From the NCBI GenBank assembly GCA_030390025.1, contig CM059432.1, positions 58,840,001 to 58,904,000 on the forward strand: DNA of 64,000 nt, read 5' to 3'. The stretch comes from Squalus acanthias. Lineage: Eukaryota. The translations under genes and the position numbers were made by a program. Positions 1-13,532 of this stretch are shown piece after piece. Each line of letters opens with the position of its first letter. The stretch's first letter is position 1. A model generated the notes under the pieces. The model was not told where the DNA came from and searched no databases. It saw only the letters and a list, made by a program, of their open reading frames with translations.

Positions 1-1617
1 GCATTTAAAATAAAGAGGAGAAATATGAAATAAACCGATCAAACTCAGAGGATAAAACTCCTGGTCCAGCTGGATTGCATCTGTGCATTTTTAAAAGAAT
101 CTAGGAAAAAGATAGCAGATGCACTACTACACATTTAATAATTCGTCAGAAAAAGTGCCAGAGGACTGGCAATAGCTAACGTAATACCTATATTTATGAA
201 GGGAGATAGAACATGTCCAGGGAACTATAGACCAGTCAGTTTAGCATCGGTAGTAACAAAAATAATGGAATCCCTACTGAAGGAGATAATAGAAAAACAT
301 CTAGAAACCAAAAATATAATGAATAGTCAACATGGATTTCAAAAGGGAAAGTCTTGATTAACCAACCTCATTGAAGAGGTAACCGAGAGTGTAGACAAGG
401 GTAATGCAGTAGATGTAATATATCTAGATTTTCAAAAGGCCTTTGATAAGATAACACAATAGTCTGATGAATAAGGTCAGAGCATGTGGAATCAGGGGAC
501 AAGTAGCAGAATGGATAGATAGATAGATGGCTGCAAGACAAAGCAAAGAGTAGGGGTAAAGGGTAGCTATTCAGAGTGGCAGAAGGTGGGAAGTAGGGTC
601 CCACAAGGATCAGTGCTGGGACCACTGTTAACAATTTATATTAATGATTTAGACTTTGGAATCAAAAACACAATTTCTAAATTTGCAGATGACACCAAAT
701 TTGGTGGGGTGGGTGAGGGAGGAGATTGTCAATACTGTAGAGGACTGCAACAAATTACAAGACATCATTAATAAACTTGCAGAATGGGCATATACTTGGC
801 AAATTAATTTCAACATAGATAATGTGATGTATTACATTTTGGTAAGAAAAGTCAGGAGGTCACATATTACTTGGAAAATAAGAATCTAAATGGAGTAGAG
901 GAACAAAGGGATCTGGGAGTACGAATACGCAAATCACAAAGTTGCAACACAGGTTAATAAGTCCATAACAAAAGCAAACCAAAGCAGTAGGGTTTATTTC
1001 TAGAAGGATTGAATTGAAAAGTAGAGAAGTTATGCTAAACTTGTGTTAACCTTGGTTAGACCACACTTAGAGTACTGTGTATAGTTCTGGTTGCCATGTT
1101 ATAGAAAGGATATATAGGCACTAGAGAGGCTGCAAAAAAGATTTACACGGTTGATACCAGAACTGCGAGGTTATACCCATTAGAAAAGGATGAACAGGCT
1201 GGGTCTCTTTTCTCTTCTCTTGAAAAGAGAAGGCTGGGGGGTGGCCTAATAGAGGTCTTTAAAATTATGAAAGGTTTTGATAGAGCAGACACAGGGCGCG
1301 TGTTTCCACTTGTGCGGAAGAGCAAAATTAGAGTTCATCCATACAAGATAGTCACCAAGAAATCAAATAGGGAATTCAGAAGAAACTTCTTTACTCAGAG
1401 TAGTGAGAATGTGGAATTTGCTGTCACAGGAAATAGTTGAGGCGAATAGTATAGATGCATTTAAGGGAAGCTAGATAAGCATATGAGAGAGAAGGGAATG
1501 GAGGGATATGCTGATAGTTAGATGAGGAAGGATGGGAGGAGGCTTGAGTGGAGCATAAATGCCGGCATGGACTGGTTGGGCCGAATGGCCTGTTTCTGTG
1601 CTGTATATTCTATGTAA
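1..1617 (+). mobile_element. CR1 LINE, decayed 3' part of ORF2 (RT) plus 3' UTR
   Basis: VPQGSVLGP...INDLD...KFADDTK in ORF 586..771; ggccgaatggcctgtttctgtgctgtatattctatg tail. Confidence 0.88.
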
Positions 1618-1810
1618 GTTGATGCAATGAAAAAGGCCCCATTTTCAAAGGATGGAACATCGTTTTGCGTAGCAACACGGTGCTGTTAGAAATTCTATTC
1701 CTTCCAGGGATTTCTGTGTTTTCATCCTCCAATTAAATGTCTTGCTAACAACCATTTGAAAAAAATCAGTGACTCTTGCAACGATTTCATTGGTTCATAG
1801 CAAATTTTAC

Positions 1811-1911
1811 GTTGGGCGATATGCAAATGAGCTTGAGTGGCAACTCGAGGGGAAAAAACACAACTTTGGGTGCAATTTGCGCCCAGATCGCCAAAGCGGA
1901 AACTCTACCCC
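1811..1911 (-). mobile_element. terminal fragment of the Harbinger-like MITE family seen at 32429-33100
   Basis: reverse complement (ggggtagagtttccgctttggcgatctgggcgcaaattgcaccc...ctcatttgcatat) matches the left end of the 32429 element. Confidence 0.55.
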
Positions 1912-3050
1912 ATAATCTATTGAATTTAAACTTCGATGCAATCTAACATACTTGGACCAGTTTCCATCTGCAATAAAACCTTTGCAATGCTTTTTAAATG
2001 TACAAGTACCTTTTATACTTGTGTAGTGGGCATTTTTCTTTAGATTCCACAACAATATCTTAAAATTCAGTCTCTGAAGACTGTTTTGTATTGGACTTTG
2101 TTTTAAATTACATATTCTAATATTTATGTTCCGACAACAGCTGATTCCAGTCACTATCTTTGCAGCCATAGCTCCTTTTAAGTTGGCAATTCCCAATTTG
2201 AACGCTTAATTGGACATTTTGGCTTGCTTGGCTGAGACTTTAAGTTCAGTTTACTTGCTATCTTACTGGGATGACTGTTGCCTATGTGTGTTTTTCTAGG
2301 CTCAGTTTAAATTCCAACTCCTCCAAGGTGTGCAATATTGGCTCAGTCTTTTATTGTAACCAGTTATGTTGATATTTCTATTTTTTAGGTAATTGTAATG
2401 TCTGCTGGATAAAGCTATTTACCTGCATCATTACTGAGGGTTATGGTCTGTTATCCTTTTATCACAGAGATAACTGCTCGAGAGTTATTAATCTGATTGT
2501 GTAGTCCAATCCATGAAGTACACTATTTCTGCAGTGAGTGCATGAGAACATACTATCTTGTTGCTTTGTTACAGTACATGCTGTTGGCGCTACCAGCAAT
2601 GGATTTTCTTGCTGCTGTTAACAGCATTTCAAAGTTGGTCAATGTAGAGAGTCGAGTGCTATCTTGGTCAGTCTGCTGCCAGCATCTCCCCAATGTTTAG
2701 CAATACCCTACAGTTTTGGGTTGTGCTTCAGTACATCCGTAAAATAGTTGTTCTGCCCACTTCATTTACTTCTTGCAGTTCATGAGTTCGTTGTTCAGTT
2801 AATGCTTGGGAAGTTTGTCATCCATTCAAACAAAATGTTCTGCTTAGCATAGCTAAGCTTCTTATAGCATTATCTAAGAAATATTTGATTTCCACATTTC
2901 AGGACATCACAATTGGTGATATGGTCCTACTGCTTGATATGCATGTTGGATCCAAAGTGGTGCAACTGAAACTTGTCAAGGGCTTTGACATGGCTTCCAA
3001 AGTATGACCAAGTTTCATATGAGTCAACATCACAACGGTATAATAGGATT

Positions 3051-3358
3051 CCCAAACCTGTGACCTCTACCACCTAGAAGGACGAGGGCAACAGGCGCAT
3101 TGCAATACCACCACCTCCAAGTTGCCCGCCAAGTCTCACACCATTCTGACTTGGAAATGTATCACCGTTCCTTCATCGTTGCTGGGTCAAGATCCTGGAG
3201 CTTCCTACCTAACAGCACTGTGGGGGTACCTTCACCACACAGACTGCAGCGGTTCAAGAAGGCGGCTCACCACCACCTTCTCGAGGGCAATTATGGATGG
3301 GCAATAAATGCTGGCCTTGCCAGCGACGTCCACATCCCATGAACGAATAAAAAAAAAA
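3051..3358 (+). mobile_element. 3' end of the CR1-clade LINE family also at 42040 and 49686, with A tail
   Basis: closely similar to 43930-44236; ends gaataaaaaaaaaa. Confidence 0.85.
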
Positions 3359-5084
3359 TGCTGATCCCAAACCCATTCTGTGACATCAATCACTGCTGCA
3401 AATAGAAGAAAATTACTTGTTTCTGCTTGACTTCACTGGAGATTTTACAGTCTGGAGATGGTACTGTCCAGACATGCTTTGTGCAGCAATTTCCACTGTA
3501 CAAGTCTGCTGTCTGCATCAAATGCTTTTGTCATGGTATGAGGTGTTGAATTAATGCTAGAAAATAATTATTTTCATCTTATCATGACAGGCATAGTATC
3601 TTGAGAGCAAGAAATTGTGCCTTGAGCATTAGTGATGAGTAGTTTGTTTTCTAAATTTGTGATAAATTAATAATTTTATTTGGATGGTTAAAGGTACTTC
3701 ATTTTACATATACAGTATGATTTTTGACCACCTTTCATGCTCTGTCGAACTACTCAGCTAATGATTCAGTTCTCAAGGAGAGACTATAGCCCTACTTTTC
3801 TATATTCAGCAAAATGGGGGTTGTATTTGCCTGTGGTAGGGAGGGAACAGGATGGCCTCACTGAAATTTTGCAAGGCATGCCCTTCTTTATTTGAATATA
3901 CTTCCTGAGCATGGAAAATGTACACAAGATGGGTGGCTGAAACTCCTAAAATGGGCCAGCAGCTCTTTTAAAGGCTGCTGCTTCCCCTTAAAAGGGAGTT
4001 GCCAGCAATTGCACTTCTAGAGGGAACAACAGATTTGTGATCAGCATGTGTGTGATGAGGTGTCTCCAAAGACTCTGGCCTTTGGAGATGCTGCAGCAGG
4101 ATGCAGCGAAGGAGGGTGGCCTTGTTTGTTGCCATCTGTAAAAGCCCAGGTGCAAACTGCATGGATGGAGGTTGCTGAGTGAGTGAATTCAGTCTCGGGT
4201 ATGCCATACTTTATAGCAAGTGAGGAAAAACTTGAGCGGAATCCGGAAAAATATCACGGTAAATGTAGGTGCCTTTGTATACATGCATACTCTTCCTTCG
4301 GACAAGGCCTGGACCTAGTTTATATGTTTTATTTACTGCACTCTGAGATGACCTGTAAAGCATTCACACAACTTTAATCACTTTTTGCAATGCACCTTGT
4401 TTCCACAGTAACTTCTTCGAACATTTTTGTAACAATAGTGCCATGCACATAGCTCTTCATAAGTCATCAACTGAACTGTATGGTAGCAAAATCATTATGC
4501 AAGCTAACGTGGGAACACCTGGTATAGGGAGGGTGGTGGCCAGGACACACGGGTGGTATTTTGGGTGCGCTTACTAATCTCTTCATAATTGTGCTCTGCT
4601 TCCAGTCCATGGCTGCTCACAACCATCTAGAGAGATGGTGGGCCAGCAATGTTGAGAGCTGTCTGACTTTGAGGAGATGGCTATTTCTCTTTTTGGTCAG
4701 TCTGTAGAGGGAATTGGCGAGGATAAGTTTGAGTGTAGGGTGTCACCACACACCAAATATCCTACGTTTATGGTACTAGATGAATATTTTTATTTCTCCT
4801 TTTTGTATGGGCAATATTGGGTAGAGCTGTTGAAAGGGAGTAGTTGCTTAGTGGCCTGAAATATGGACAACCAACTTGAATGGAGGGATATGAGATGTTC
4901 TTGGGGCTACAATATTCAGGCATACATATTGAAAGCCAAAGTTAGTCAATGGCAGGAGCTGTCCATTACTAGTAGTAGTTGTCTATAGTAGAGGATGCTC
5001 CAGTCTCCCTACTAGTGCATCAGCTCCATTAATGTCCTGCTCCTCTCCATCATCCTCTTCCTATGGGTGTGTTCCCAAACCTGT

Positions 5085-5480
5085 ATGTTCACTCTTTTGA
5101 TGGCAATCTTTTGCAGAATACAGCAGACCATGATGGACTTGGAGATTTTGGATGGACTGGACCACCTGAGCATCCTGTAATCTGCTCCACAATAACTTGG
5201 GTGGTGGCGCAGGCTTTGTTGTGTTTGCACTTTGGTACTGTGGGGGAATTTCTACTTGGGTCATGCCATGGCTACATAGGGTAGCCCCGGTCTCCCAACG
5301 GACATCTGTTATGTCAGAACTGTTAAATAATGCAGTCACTGTGCATTGTCGCATATTTGCTGCTCCCTGTACAATAGGCATTAATGTGCAGGATCATACT
5401 TTTGTGGCCTGTATATTTATGAAATGGCACCCCTTCCTGTCGACTAATGCATTGAGGTTGAAATGTGGAACCCTGATGGC
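5085..5480 (-). pseudogene. degenerate PIF/Harbinger (HARBI1-like) DDE transposase fragment
   Basis: minus-strand motifs in Harbinger order across frameshifts: AIRVP...DRKGCHFINIQ, LGDRGYP, ATTQVIVEQ, SPSKISKSIMVCCILQKIA. Confidence 0.7.
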
Positions 5481-6287
5481 CAGTCAGCATGGATTTGTTA
5501 AGGGAAGGTCGTGTCTGAATAACTTCATTGAATTTTTTGAGGAGGGTCGATGAGGGTAGTGCGTTTGATGTAGTCTATACGGATTTTAGCAAGGCTTTAG
5601 ATAAGGTTCCGCATGGCAAACTGGTCACAAAGTAAAAGCCCATAGGATCCAAGACAAAGTGGCAAGTTGGATCCAAAATTGGCTAGAGGCAGGAAACAAA
5701 GGGTAATGGTCGAAGAGTGTGTTTGTTTCTGGAAGGCTGTTTCCAGTGGGGTTCTGCAGGGCTCAGTACTGGGTCCTTGCTTTTTGTGGTATATATCAAT
5801 GATTTGGACTTGAATATAGGAAGTATGATTAAGTAGTTTGCAGATGATCCAAAAATTGGCTGAGTGGTTGGTAATGAAGAAAGCTGTAGACTGCAGGAAG
5901 ATATCAATGGACTGGTCAGGTGAGCAGAACAGTGGCAAATGGAATTCAATCTGGAGAAGTGTGAGGTAATGCACTTGGGGAGGGCTAACAAGGCAAGGGA
6001 ATACACAATAAATGGCAGGATACTGAAGTGCAGAAGATCAGAGGGACCTTGGAGTGCATATCCACAGATCCCTGAAGGTAGTAGGACCGGTAGATAAGGT
6101 GGTTAAGAAGGCATACAGGATACTTGCCTTATTAGCTGAGGCATAGAATATAAGCCATGATGTGGAGATGCCGGTGTTGGACTGGGGTGGACAAATGTGA
6201 GAAGTGGTGTTGTGCGACTTCTCACATAGAATATAAGAGCAAGGAGGTTATGCTTGAACTGTATAAAACACTAGTTAGGCCGCAGCT
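5479..6287 (+). mobile_element. CR1 LINE ORF2 fragment
   Basis: SQHGFVKGRSCLNN, DFSKA.DKVPH, QWQMEFNLEKCEVMHLG remnants. Confidence 0.85.
6155..6224. mobile_element. miniature Penelope-type fold-back insertion
   Basis: 13-bp TSD catagaatataag (6142-6154, 6225-6237); shares ggagatgccggtgttggactggggtggacaaa with 13409-13440; internal IR atgtgagaagt/acttctcacat. Confidence 0.75.
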
Positions 6288-7544
6288 ATAATAGTGTTGG
6301 ATAATAACATCCAAAAACATGTCATCCTTGTCTCCTTTGATTCCACCACTCAGCGAAAAAGACAAGAGTTTGACTAAGTGTACTTTGTTACACAATATCA
6401 GCAATTATTATTGAATTTTAATGCAGCAGTCAGTGCTTGCTGGTGTCTGCCATGAAATCCTGCAGGTTTGAAAGGAAGTATTCTGCATAGGTATCAAGAT
6501 CGATTTGTGCATTAGTCTAATTCAAACAGATGCTGATCATCAGAGCCCACAAAAGTCCCCAGAGAAGATTCAATTTGCTTTTGAAGCCCATTGTTTTAAT
6601 GCACACACTACTATTGTCCCGCAAAAGTTTGCGTATATTGCCCGCCAAGAATTTCAGTTTTACTTTTTCTAATGAAAATTAGATCCACAGTCAAAGTCAT
6701 GCACTTAATGGTCTTCCCAGTAGTACTCACTGTTGTGCTGCTGGTCAAGGAGTTGGCTTTATTTTAAATGTACCAAGTCCCTGACTACACGCAGAGGAAG
6801 ATGTGGAAAAATGCTCTCGAGCATCAACACAGCATTATTTCTAAACAAAAATAACATTAACCATTTTTGTTCACTGAGCTGTGATAAAAGTTCTCTGGTT
6901 ACCAAATATTTTTTAAAAGTTGTTAAAAGTGAGTATCGTTGAATGCAACATGGAATTTGTAATTGAAAATTAATTAGCTAACTATTTAGCTACTACCCCT
7001 TTTGAATGAATTTCAATATATTGAATGGATTGCTGCTGCTATCGAAACAGGCTGTAAGGAAGCATCAAAATGCATTGCTTTTCAGGGCGAGTATAACTGC
7101 TAAGGGGGTGAGTGGTAGCTAAGACTATAAGATTAGACACACCTGAGAACTTGCATAAATTGTGGAACAAATGGCTTAAAATGCAATAAAATTAAAGGTT
7201 CATTGTTGACTGAAATGCTATGGAGATGTACTGGACTGTGCTGTAGTGCTCAGCCTAATGTCACATTTGCTTTTGATAGTTGAGTTTTTTTTTGAAACAA
7301 AATAAATAAAAAATTTTTAAATTGTGATTTAAAGGTTACTCTATTCTAGAAGGGCAAATCTTGTCATTTAATTTGCTCTTTAAAATTCAATTTGAGTCAT
7401 CATTAGCTCTAGCTGCGTACATTAGATACGTACTGTGTTTGGACACTTTAATGTGACCTTTTCTGGTCTCTTAAGACACTCAGTCGTATTTTAACTTGCA
7501 AAACAAATTGCTGTACACAAGTTAAACCCTTGACTTCTTTACAG

Positions 7545-7596
7545 GGAGCGGGGAACAAGAACCATCCAGGTCATGCTTCTGAGATCGCTACTTATG
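7545..7596 (+). CDS. EFR3A: EFR3A internal exon (ERGTRTIQVMLLRSLLM)
   Basis: ttctttacAG acceptor, GTAAGA donor; 52 bp; resembles human EFR3A DLGTRRIQIMLLRSLLM as recalled. Confidence 0.9.
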
Positions 7597-8749
7597 GTAA
7601 GAATTAAATATGAAACTCTAACCAAAAGTTGAAAAATTACTTTCGTGGTGATTGTTTAATTAACTTGAACTTTAATTGTTGGCGCAATATTTTTGGTTCT
7701 GTGCTTAATGCTATTTCAACTCCTAATGATAGAACAAATTAACCTGGATGCTAATCAGATATAACTTTAACTCTTCAAGGCGTAATCATAACATCTTGAA
7801 GTTTTTATTTACATTTTGGAGAGAGACAAGTTTTGGCGTGCTTCCTCAATTCTGCTTCAAATGTAGAAATTTACAGGAATTCTGTATTTGTGCCTATTTT
7901 GTAAGGCTGGAACTACATCAATCCATTTCTAAAAGTCAGTTATCTTTAAAGTTCATATGATCTTAGCAAAAATATTAGTCATACAAAAAGTATTTCGGAA
8001 TACAGTTGTAATGTACATTTTTCAGCATATATCTAAAAACATAATCTTGAAGTGCTTTGTGTCATGGAAGGATTTCAAAATGTTAGTGGGCACAAGGACA
8101 AGTAATCCTAGGTGATGTACGTTTAAGTGTATATGTATTTGTGGTGTTGATGTATAAATCTATATATTTTCTTAAAACTCTTGCATACAGAATGCACCTT
8201 TTGTCGTGATTTTCGGTTGCTCTTGTGTGGACTTTTCCCGTTGTAAATTGTTATGTACTGTCATGAGTAATTGCATTCTCTAGCCATTAGATGGCCTGTG
8301 GACCAAAATTCTGAACTGTTTGTCAGCTCAGTCACCATTTTGTTTTTTCTTTATACATGAGGGGAGCTTGAAGGTAATTATATCTCCCTCGTCCTGGCTG
8401 CTGAAAGCAGCAAATTTAAGTTAAAATCTTCTATTTTGAAGCTTCTGGCTACTCTCCAGGCTGCCTTCAACCTTCTCCTGCCAGTGCTTGGTCGGCTTCA
8501 GCCTCTCACTGACTGTTCTTGTCATTGTGTACTTCTCTTGGCCCAATTTTCAGCCTTCTTTTTGCAGCCTCGCAGTCTTTGGTACCTTTCCCAGTCTTGG
8601 CCGGTATCTTCACTGCCTGCCCCCACTGGTCGGCATCTCCCCAGCTTGTTCTCAGCCTGCAGCTTGCTCCATGCCAACCCAGCAGCATTTTGGACCTAGG
8701 CCTCAGCAGTACGATTTCCAATGTCTTTGTTCTCCCACTTTTATTTGTG

Positions 8750-9385
8750 TATTTAAACCCGCTAAGTCTTTCTGCTCCTCTATCCCTTGTAAAGTGTCAC
8801 TATTCAGTGCACAAATCCTTCTCTTATCCTTCCTCCCAAAATATATCCCCTTACATTTTTCCCACAAAATTTCATTTGACATTTGTCTATCCAATCTACT
8901 AATGCGACTCTGTCCTCCTGAAGTGGCTTACAGGTGTTCTTCACATATGCTGGGGGGGCACCACAGTTTATATCCCTGCAGTGCAAGAAAAATCCATTAT
9001 TCACTACTTTTTGTTTTCTGTCCTTTAGTTTCCTATCCATGCTGCCAAATTCCCTTTTAATACAGTATACCTTAATTTTAATAACAGGCCTCTTATGTGG
9101 AACTGGCCTCCAATGTGGTATCTTATCAAGTGCCGTTTGAAAATCGATATACACGACATGTACACTTATCAATATTGTTATTTCCACTAAGAAATCTTAC
9201 TACATTTGTTAGACAGAACTTGCCTTTTACAAATCCATGCTGGCTGCCCTATGTCTTTCTATTATGGATTCTAGAAGCTTATGCACTACTAATATTAGGC
9301 TGACTGGTCTATAGTTAGCTTGTTTATCCCTTTCTCCCATTTTGAACAGACGTGCAACATTCACAACTTCCATATTGTATCCAAG
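8750..9385 (-). mobile_element. old CR1 LINE ORF2 fragment
   Basis: VYIDFQTALDKIPH and ANYRPVSL remnants on the minus strand. Confidence 0.75.
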
Positions 9386-12068
9386 GATGCTTGAATGATT
9401 ATACTCGAGCCTCCCTTCGTGCATGGTGCTTTTTCCACTTGAGTTCCATACAAAATATTCTGCATTAAATTCAAATTTTTAAACACTTACAGGAACTGGC
9501 AAAGTAATTTAGGACCTCTCTCTTCAGTACACTATTTATGCTTCATGCAGTACAATTGCATATTAAGTTAGTCACTTTTTGGGAGAGGGAAGAGCGTTTG
9601 TATATATTTTAGTTAATAAAAAATTGAGTAATAGCAGTTAGTATTTAGAACTTTCCGAAGACCAAGTACCAAAATTATTTCACTCTTAGTAATGTTCCAG
9701 CGCATTTTCTTCTTCACTCGACAAGAATGTGTGGCTACCGGAACTCCAATTGTAACCTAACATAAGTAGTAGGAACATGAGTAGGCTATTCGGCCCCTCG
9801 AGCCTACTCTGCCATTCATGGCTGATCTGATCTTGGCCTCAATGCCACTTTCCCGCCAGCTCCCCATAACCCTTGACTCCCCTGTAGCTCAAATATCTGT
9901 CTATCTCCACCATGAATATATTCAATGACTCCACCTCCACAGCTCTCTGGGGTAGAGAATTCCAAAGATTCACGACCTTCAGAGAAGAAATTCCTCCTCA
10001 TCTCAGTTTTAAATGGGCGACCCCTTATCCTGAAACTGTGCCCCCTAGTTCTAGATTCCCCCACGAGGGGAAACATCCTCCCTGCATCTACCCTGTCAAG
10101 CCCCCTCAGAATCTTATGTTTCAATAAGATCACCTCTCATTCTTCTAAACTCCAATGAGTATAGGCCCAACCTGCTCCACCTTTCTTCATAAGACAATCC
10201 CTTCATCTCTGGAATTAACCTAGTGAACCTTCTCTGAACTGCCTCCAATGCAAGTATATCCCTCCTTAAATAAAGAGACCAAAACTGCACACAGTACTCT
10301 GGGTGTGGTCTCACCAGCACCCTGTACAGTTGTAGCAAGACTTCCCTACTTTTATACTCCATCCCCCTTGCAATATCCCTTTGCAGACTCTTTGTGCCCT
10401 CCTCACAACTTGCTTTCCCACTATCTTTGTATCATCAGCAAATTTGGCTCCAGTACACACGGTCCCTTCATCCAAGTCATTAATATAGATTGTAAATAGT
10501 TGAGGCTCCAGCACTGATCCCTGTGGCACCCCACTAGTTACAGTTTGCCAACCTGAAAATGACCCGTTTATCCCGACTTTGTTTTCTGTTAGTTAGCCAA
10601 TCCTCTATCCATATTGCCCCCAACCCCGTGAGCTCTTATCTTGTGCAGTAACCTTTTATGTGGTACCTTATCGAATGCCTTCTGGAAATCCAAATACACT
10701 ACATCTACTGGTTCCCCTTTATCCACCCTGCTCGTTACATCCTCAAAGAACTCTAGTAAATTTGTCAAACACTATTTCCCTTTCATAAAACCATGTTGAC
10801 TCTGCTTGACTGCATTATGATTTTCTAAATGTCCTGCAATTACTTCCTTAATGATGGACTCCAGCATTTTCCCAAGACAGATGTTAAGCTAACTGGCCTA
10901 TAGTTTCCTGCTTTCTGCCTCCCTCCTTTCTTGAATAGGGGCATTACATTTGTGGTTTTGCAATCTGCTGGGACCTTGCCAGAATCCAGGGAATTTTGGT
11001 ACATTACAACTAACACATCCACTATCTCTGCAGCCACTTCTTTTAAGACCCTAGGATGTAGGGCATCAGGTCCAGGGGACTTGTCAGCCTTTAGTCCCAT
11101 TAGTTTGCCTAGTATTTTTCTTTAGTGATAGTCATTGTTTTAAGTTCCTCCCTCCCTATAGCCCCTTGATTATCAATCATTATTGGGATGCTTTTAGTGT
11201 CTTCTACCATGAAGACCGATACAAAATATTTGTTCAAAGTCTCTACCATTTCCCTGTTTCCCATTATAAATTCCCCAGTCTCATCCTCTAAGGGACCAAC
11301 GTTTACTTTAGCTACTCTTCCTTTTTATATACCTGTAGAAGCTCTTACTGTCTGGTTTTTATATTTTTTGCTAATTTACTTTCATAATCTATCTTCTCCC
11401 TCTATCATTTTTTTAGTCATCCTTTGCTGGTTTCTAAAAATTTCCCAATCCTCTGGCCTACCACTAATCTTCGCAACATTGTATGCCTTTTCTTTCAATT
11501 TGATACCATCCTTAACTTCCTTAGTTAGCCACGGATGGTTCATCCTTGTCGTAGAGTCTTTCTTTCTCACTGGAATAAACCTTTGCTGAGAGTTATGAAA
11601 TATCTCCTTAAATGTCTGCCACTGCTTATATACCATCTTACCCTTTAATCTATTTTCCCAGTCTACTTTAGCCAACTCTGTCTTCATACCTTTGTAATTG
11701 CCTTTATTTAAGTTTAGGACACTAGTTTCAGACCCAAGTTTCTCACCCTCAAACAGAATTTGAAATTCTATCATGCTATGATCACTCTTCCCGAGAGGAT
11801 CCTTTACTATGAGATCATTAATTAATCTTGTCTCATTACACATTACCAGATCTAAAATAGCCTTCTCCCTGGTTGGTTCCACAACGTATTGTTCTAAGAA
11901 ACCATCCCGTATACATTCTATGAACTCGTCCTCAAGGCTACCCTTGCCAATTTGATTTGTCCAATCTATATGAAGATTAAAATCGCCCACTATTATCGTA
12001 GTACCTTTTTTTACAAGCCCCTATTATTTCTTGATTTATACTCTGTCCTACAGTGTAACTTACTGTTA

Positions 12069-13143
12069 ACATAGAAACATAGAAGATAGGAGCAGGAGTA
12101 GGCCATTCGGCCCCTCGAGCCTGCTCCGCCATTCAATGCGATCATGGCTGATCATCCAAATTCAGTACCCTGTCCCTGCTTTCTCCCCATATCCCTTGAT
12201 CCCCTTAGCCTTAAGAAATATATCTTAACTCCTTCTTGAATATATTTAATGAATTGGACTCAACTGTCTTCTGTGGTAGAGAATTCCACAGGTTCACCAC
12301 TCTGGGTGAAGAAAATCCTCCTCATCTCAGTCCTAAATGGCTTACCCCTTATCTTTAGACTGTGACCCCTGATTCTGGACTCCCCCGCCATCGGGAACAT
12401 CCTTCCTGCATCTAGTCTGTCTAGTCCTGTTAGAATTTTATAAGTTTCAATGAGATCCCCCCCTCATTCTTCTAAACTCTAGCGAATACAAGCCCAATCG
12501 ATCCAATCTCTCTCCATACGTCATTCCTGCCATCCCAGGTATCAGTCTGGTGAATCTTCGCTGCACTCCCTCCATGGCAAGAATATCCTTCCTCAGATAA
12601 GGCGACCAAAACTGCACACACTACTCAAGGTGTGGTCTCACCAAGGCCCTGTACAACTGCAGCAAGACATCCTTGCTCCTGTACTCAAATCCTCTCGCTA
12701 TGAAGGCCAACATACCATTTGCCTTCTTAACCGCCTGCTGCACCTGCATGCTTACCTTCAGCGACTGGTGCACAAGGACACCCAGGTCTCGTTGCACTTC
12801 CCCTTTTCCCAATCTATTGCCGTTCAGATAATCTGCCTTCCTGTTTTTGCCACCAAAGTGGATAACCTCGCATTTATCCAAATTATACTGCATCTGCCAT
12901 GCATCTGCCCAATCACCCAACCTGCCCAAATCATGCTGGCGTTTCTCTGCATCCTCCTCACAACACACACGCCCACCCAGCTTTGTGTCATCTGCAAACT
13001 TGTAGATATTACATCTAGTTCCCTCGTCGAGATCATTAATATATATTGTGAATAACTGGGGTCCTAGCACCGATCCCTGCGGTACCCCACAAGTCACTGC
13101 CTGCCACTTGGAAAAAGACCCGTTTATTCCAACTCTTTGCTTC
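12069..13143 (-). mobile_element. 5'-truncated CR1 nested in the CR1 above
   Basis: own 3' tail (acatagaaacatagaagatagg) at 12069; ctgtta duplicated at 12063-12068 and 13144-13149. Confidence 0.85.
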
Positions 13144-13490
13144 CTGTTAGGGGACCTATAGACTACCCCCAGCAGTGACATCTTTCCCTTACTATTTCTT
13201 ATCTCCACCCAAACTGATTCTGCATCTTGATTTTTCTAAGCCAATATCATTTCTCACTACTGCACTGATCTCATCCTTTAACAGAGCTACCCCACCTCCT
13301 TTTCATTTCTGCCTATCCTTCGGAAATGTCAAATACCCCTGAATATTCAGTTCCCAGCCTTGGTCACTTTGCAACCGCATCCCTGCAATGGCTATCAGAT
13401 CATAATGCGGAGATGCCGGTGTTGGACTGGGGTGGACAAAATTGAGAGGTCGCACAACACCAGGTTATAGTCCAACAGTTTTATTTGAAA

Positions 13491-13532
13491 TCACAAGCTT
13501 TCGGAGCTATTGATTGCTCCTTCCTCAGATGA
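13491..13532 (-). ncRNA. minimal hammerhead motif, second copy (left arm)
   Basis: minus strand TCAT-CTGAGGA-A-GGAGC(aatcaata)GCTCC-GAAAGCTT-GTGA. Confidence 0.7.

Noticed and set aside
8488..9060. 190-aa plus-strand ORF
   Set aside because: Largely antisense to a CR1 fragment; no recognisable domain or exon context
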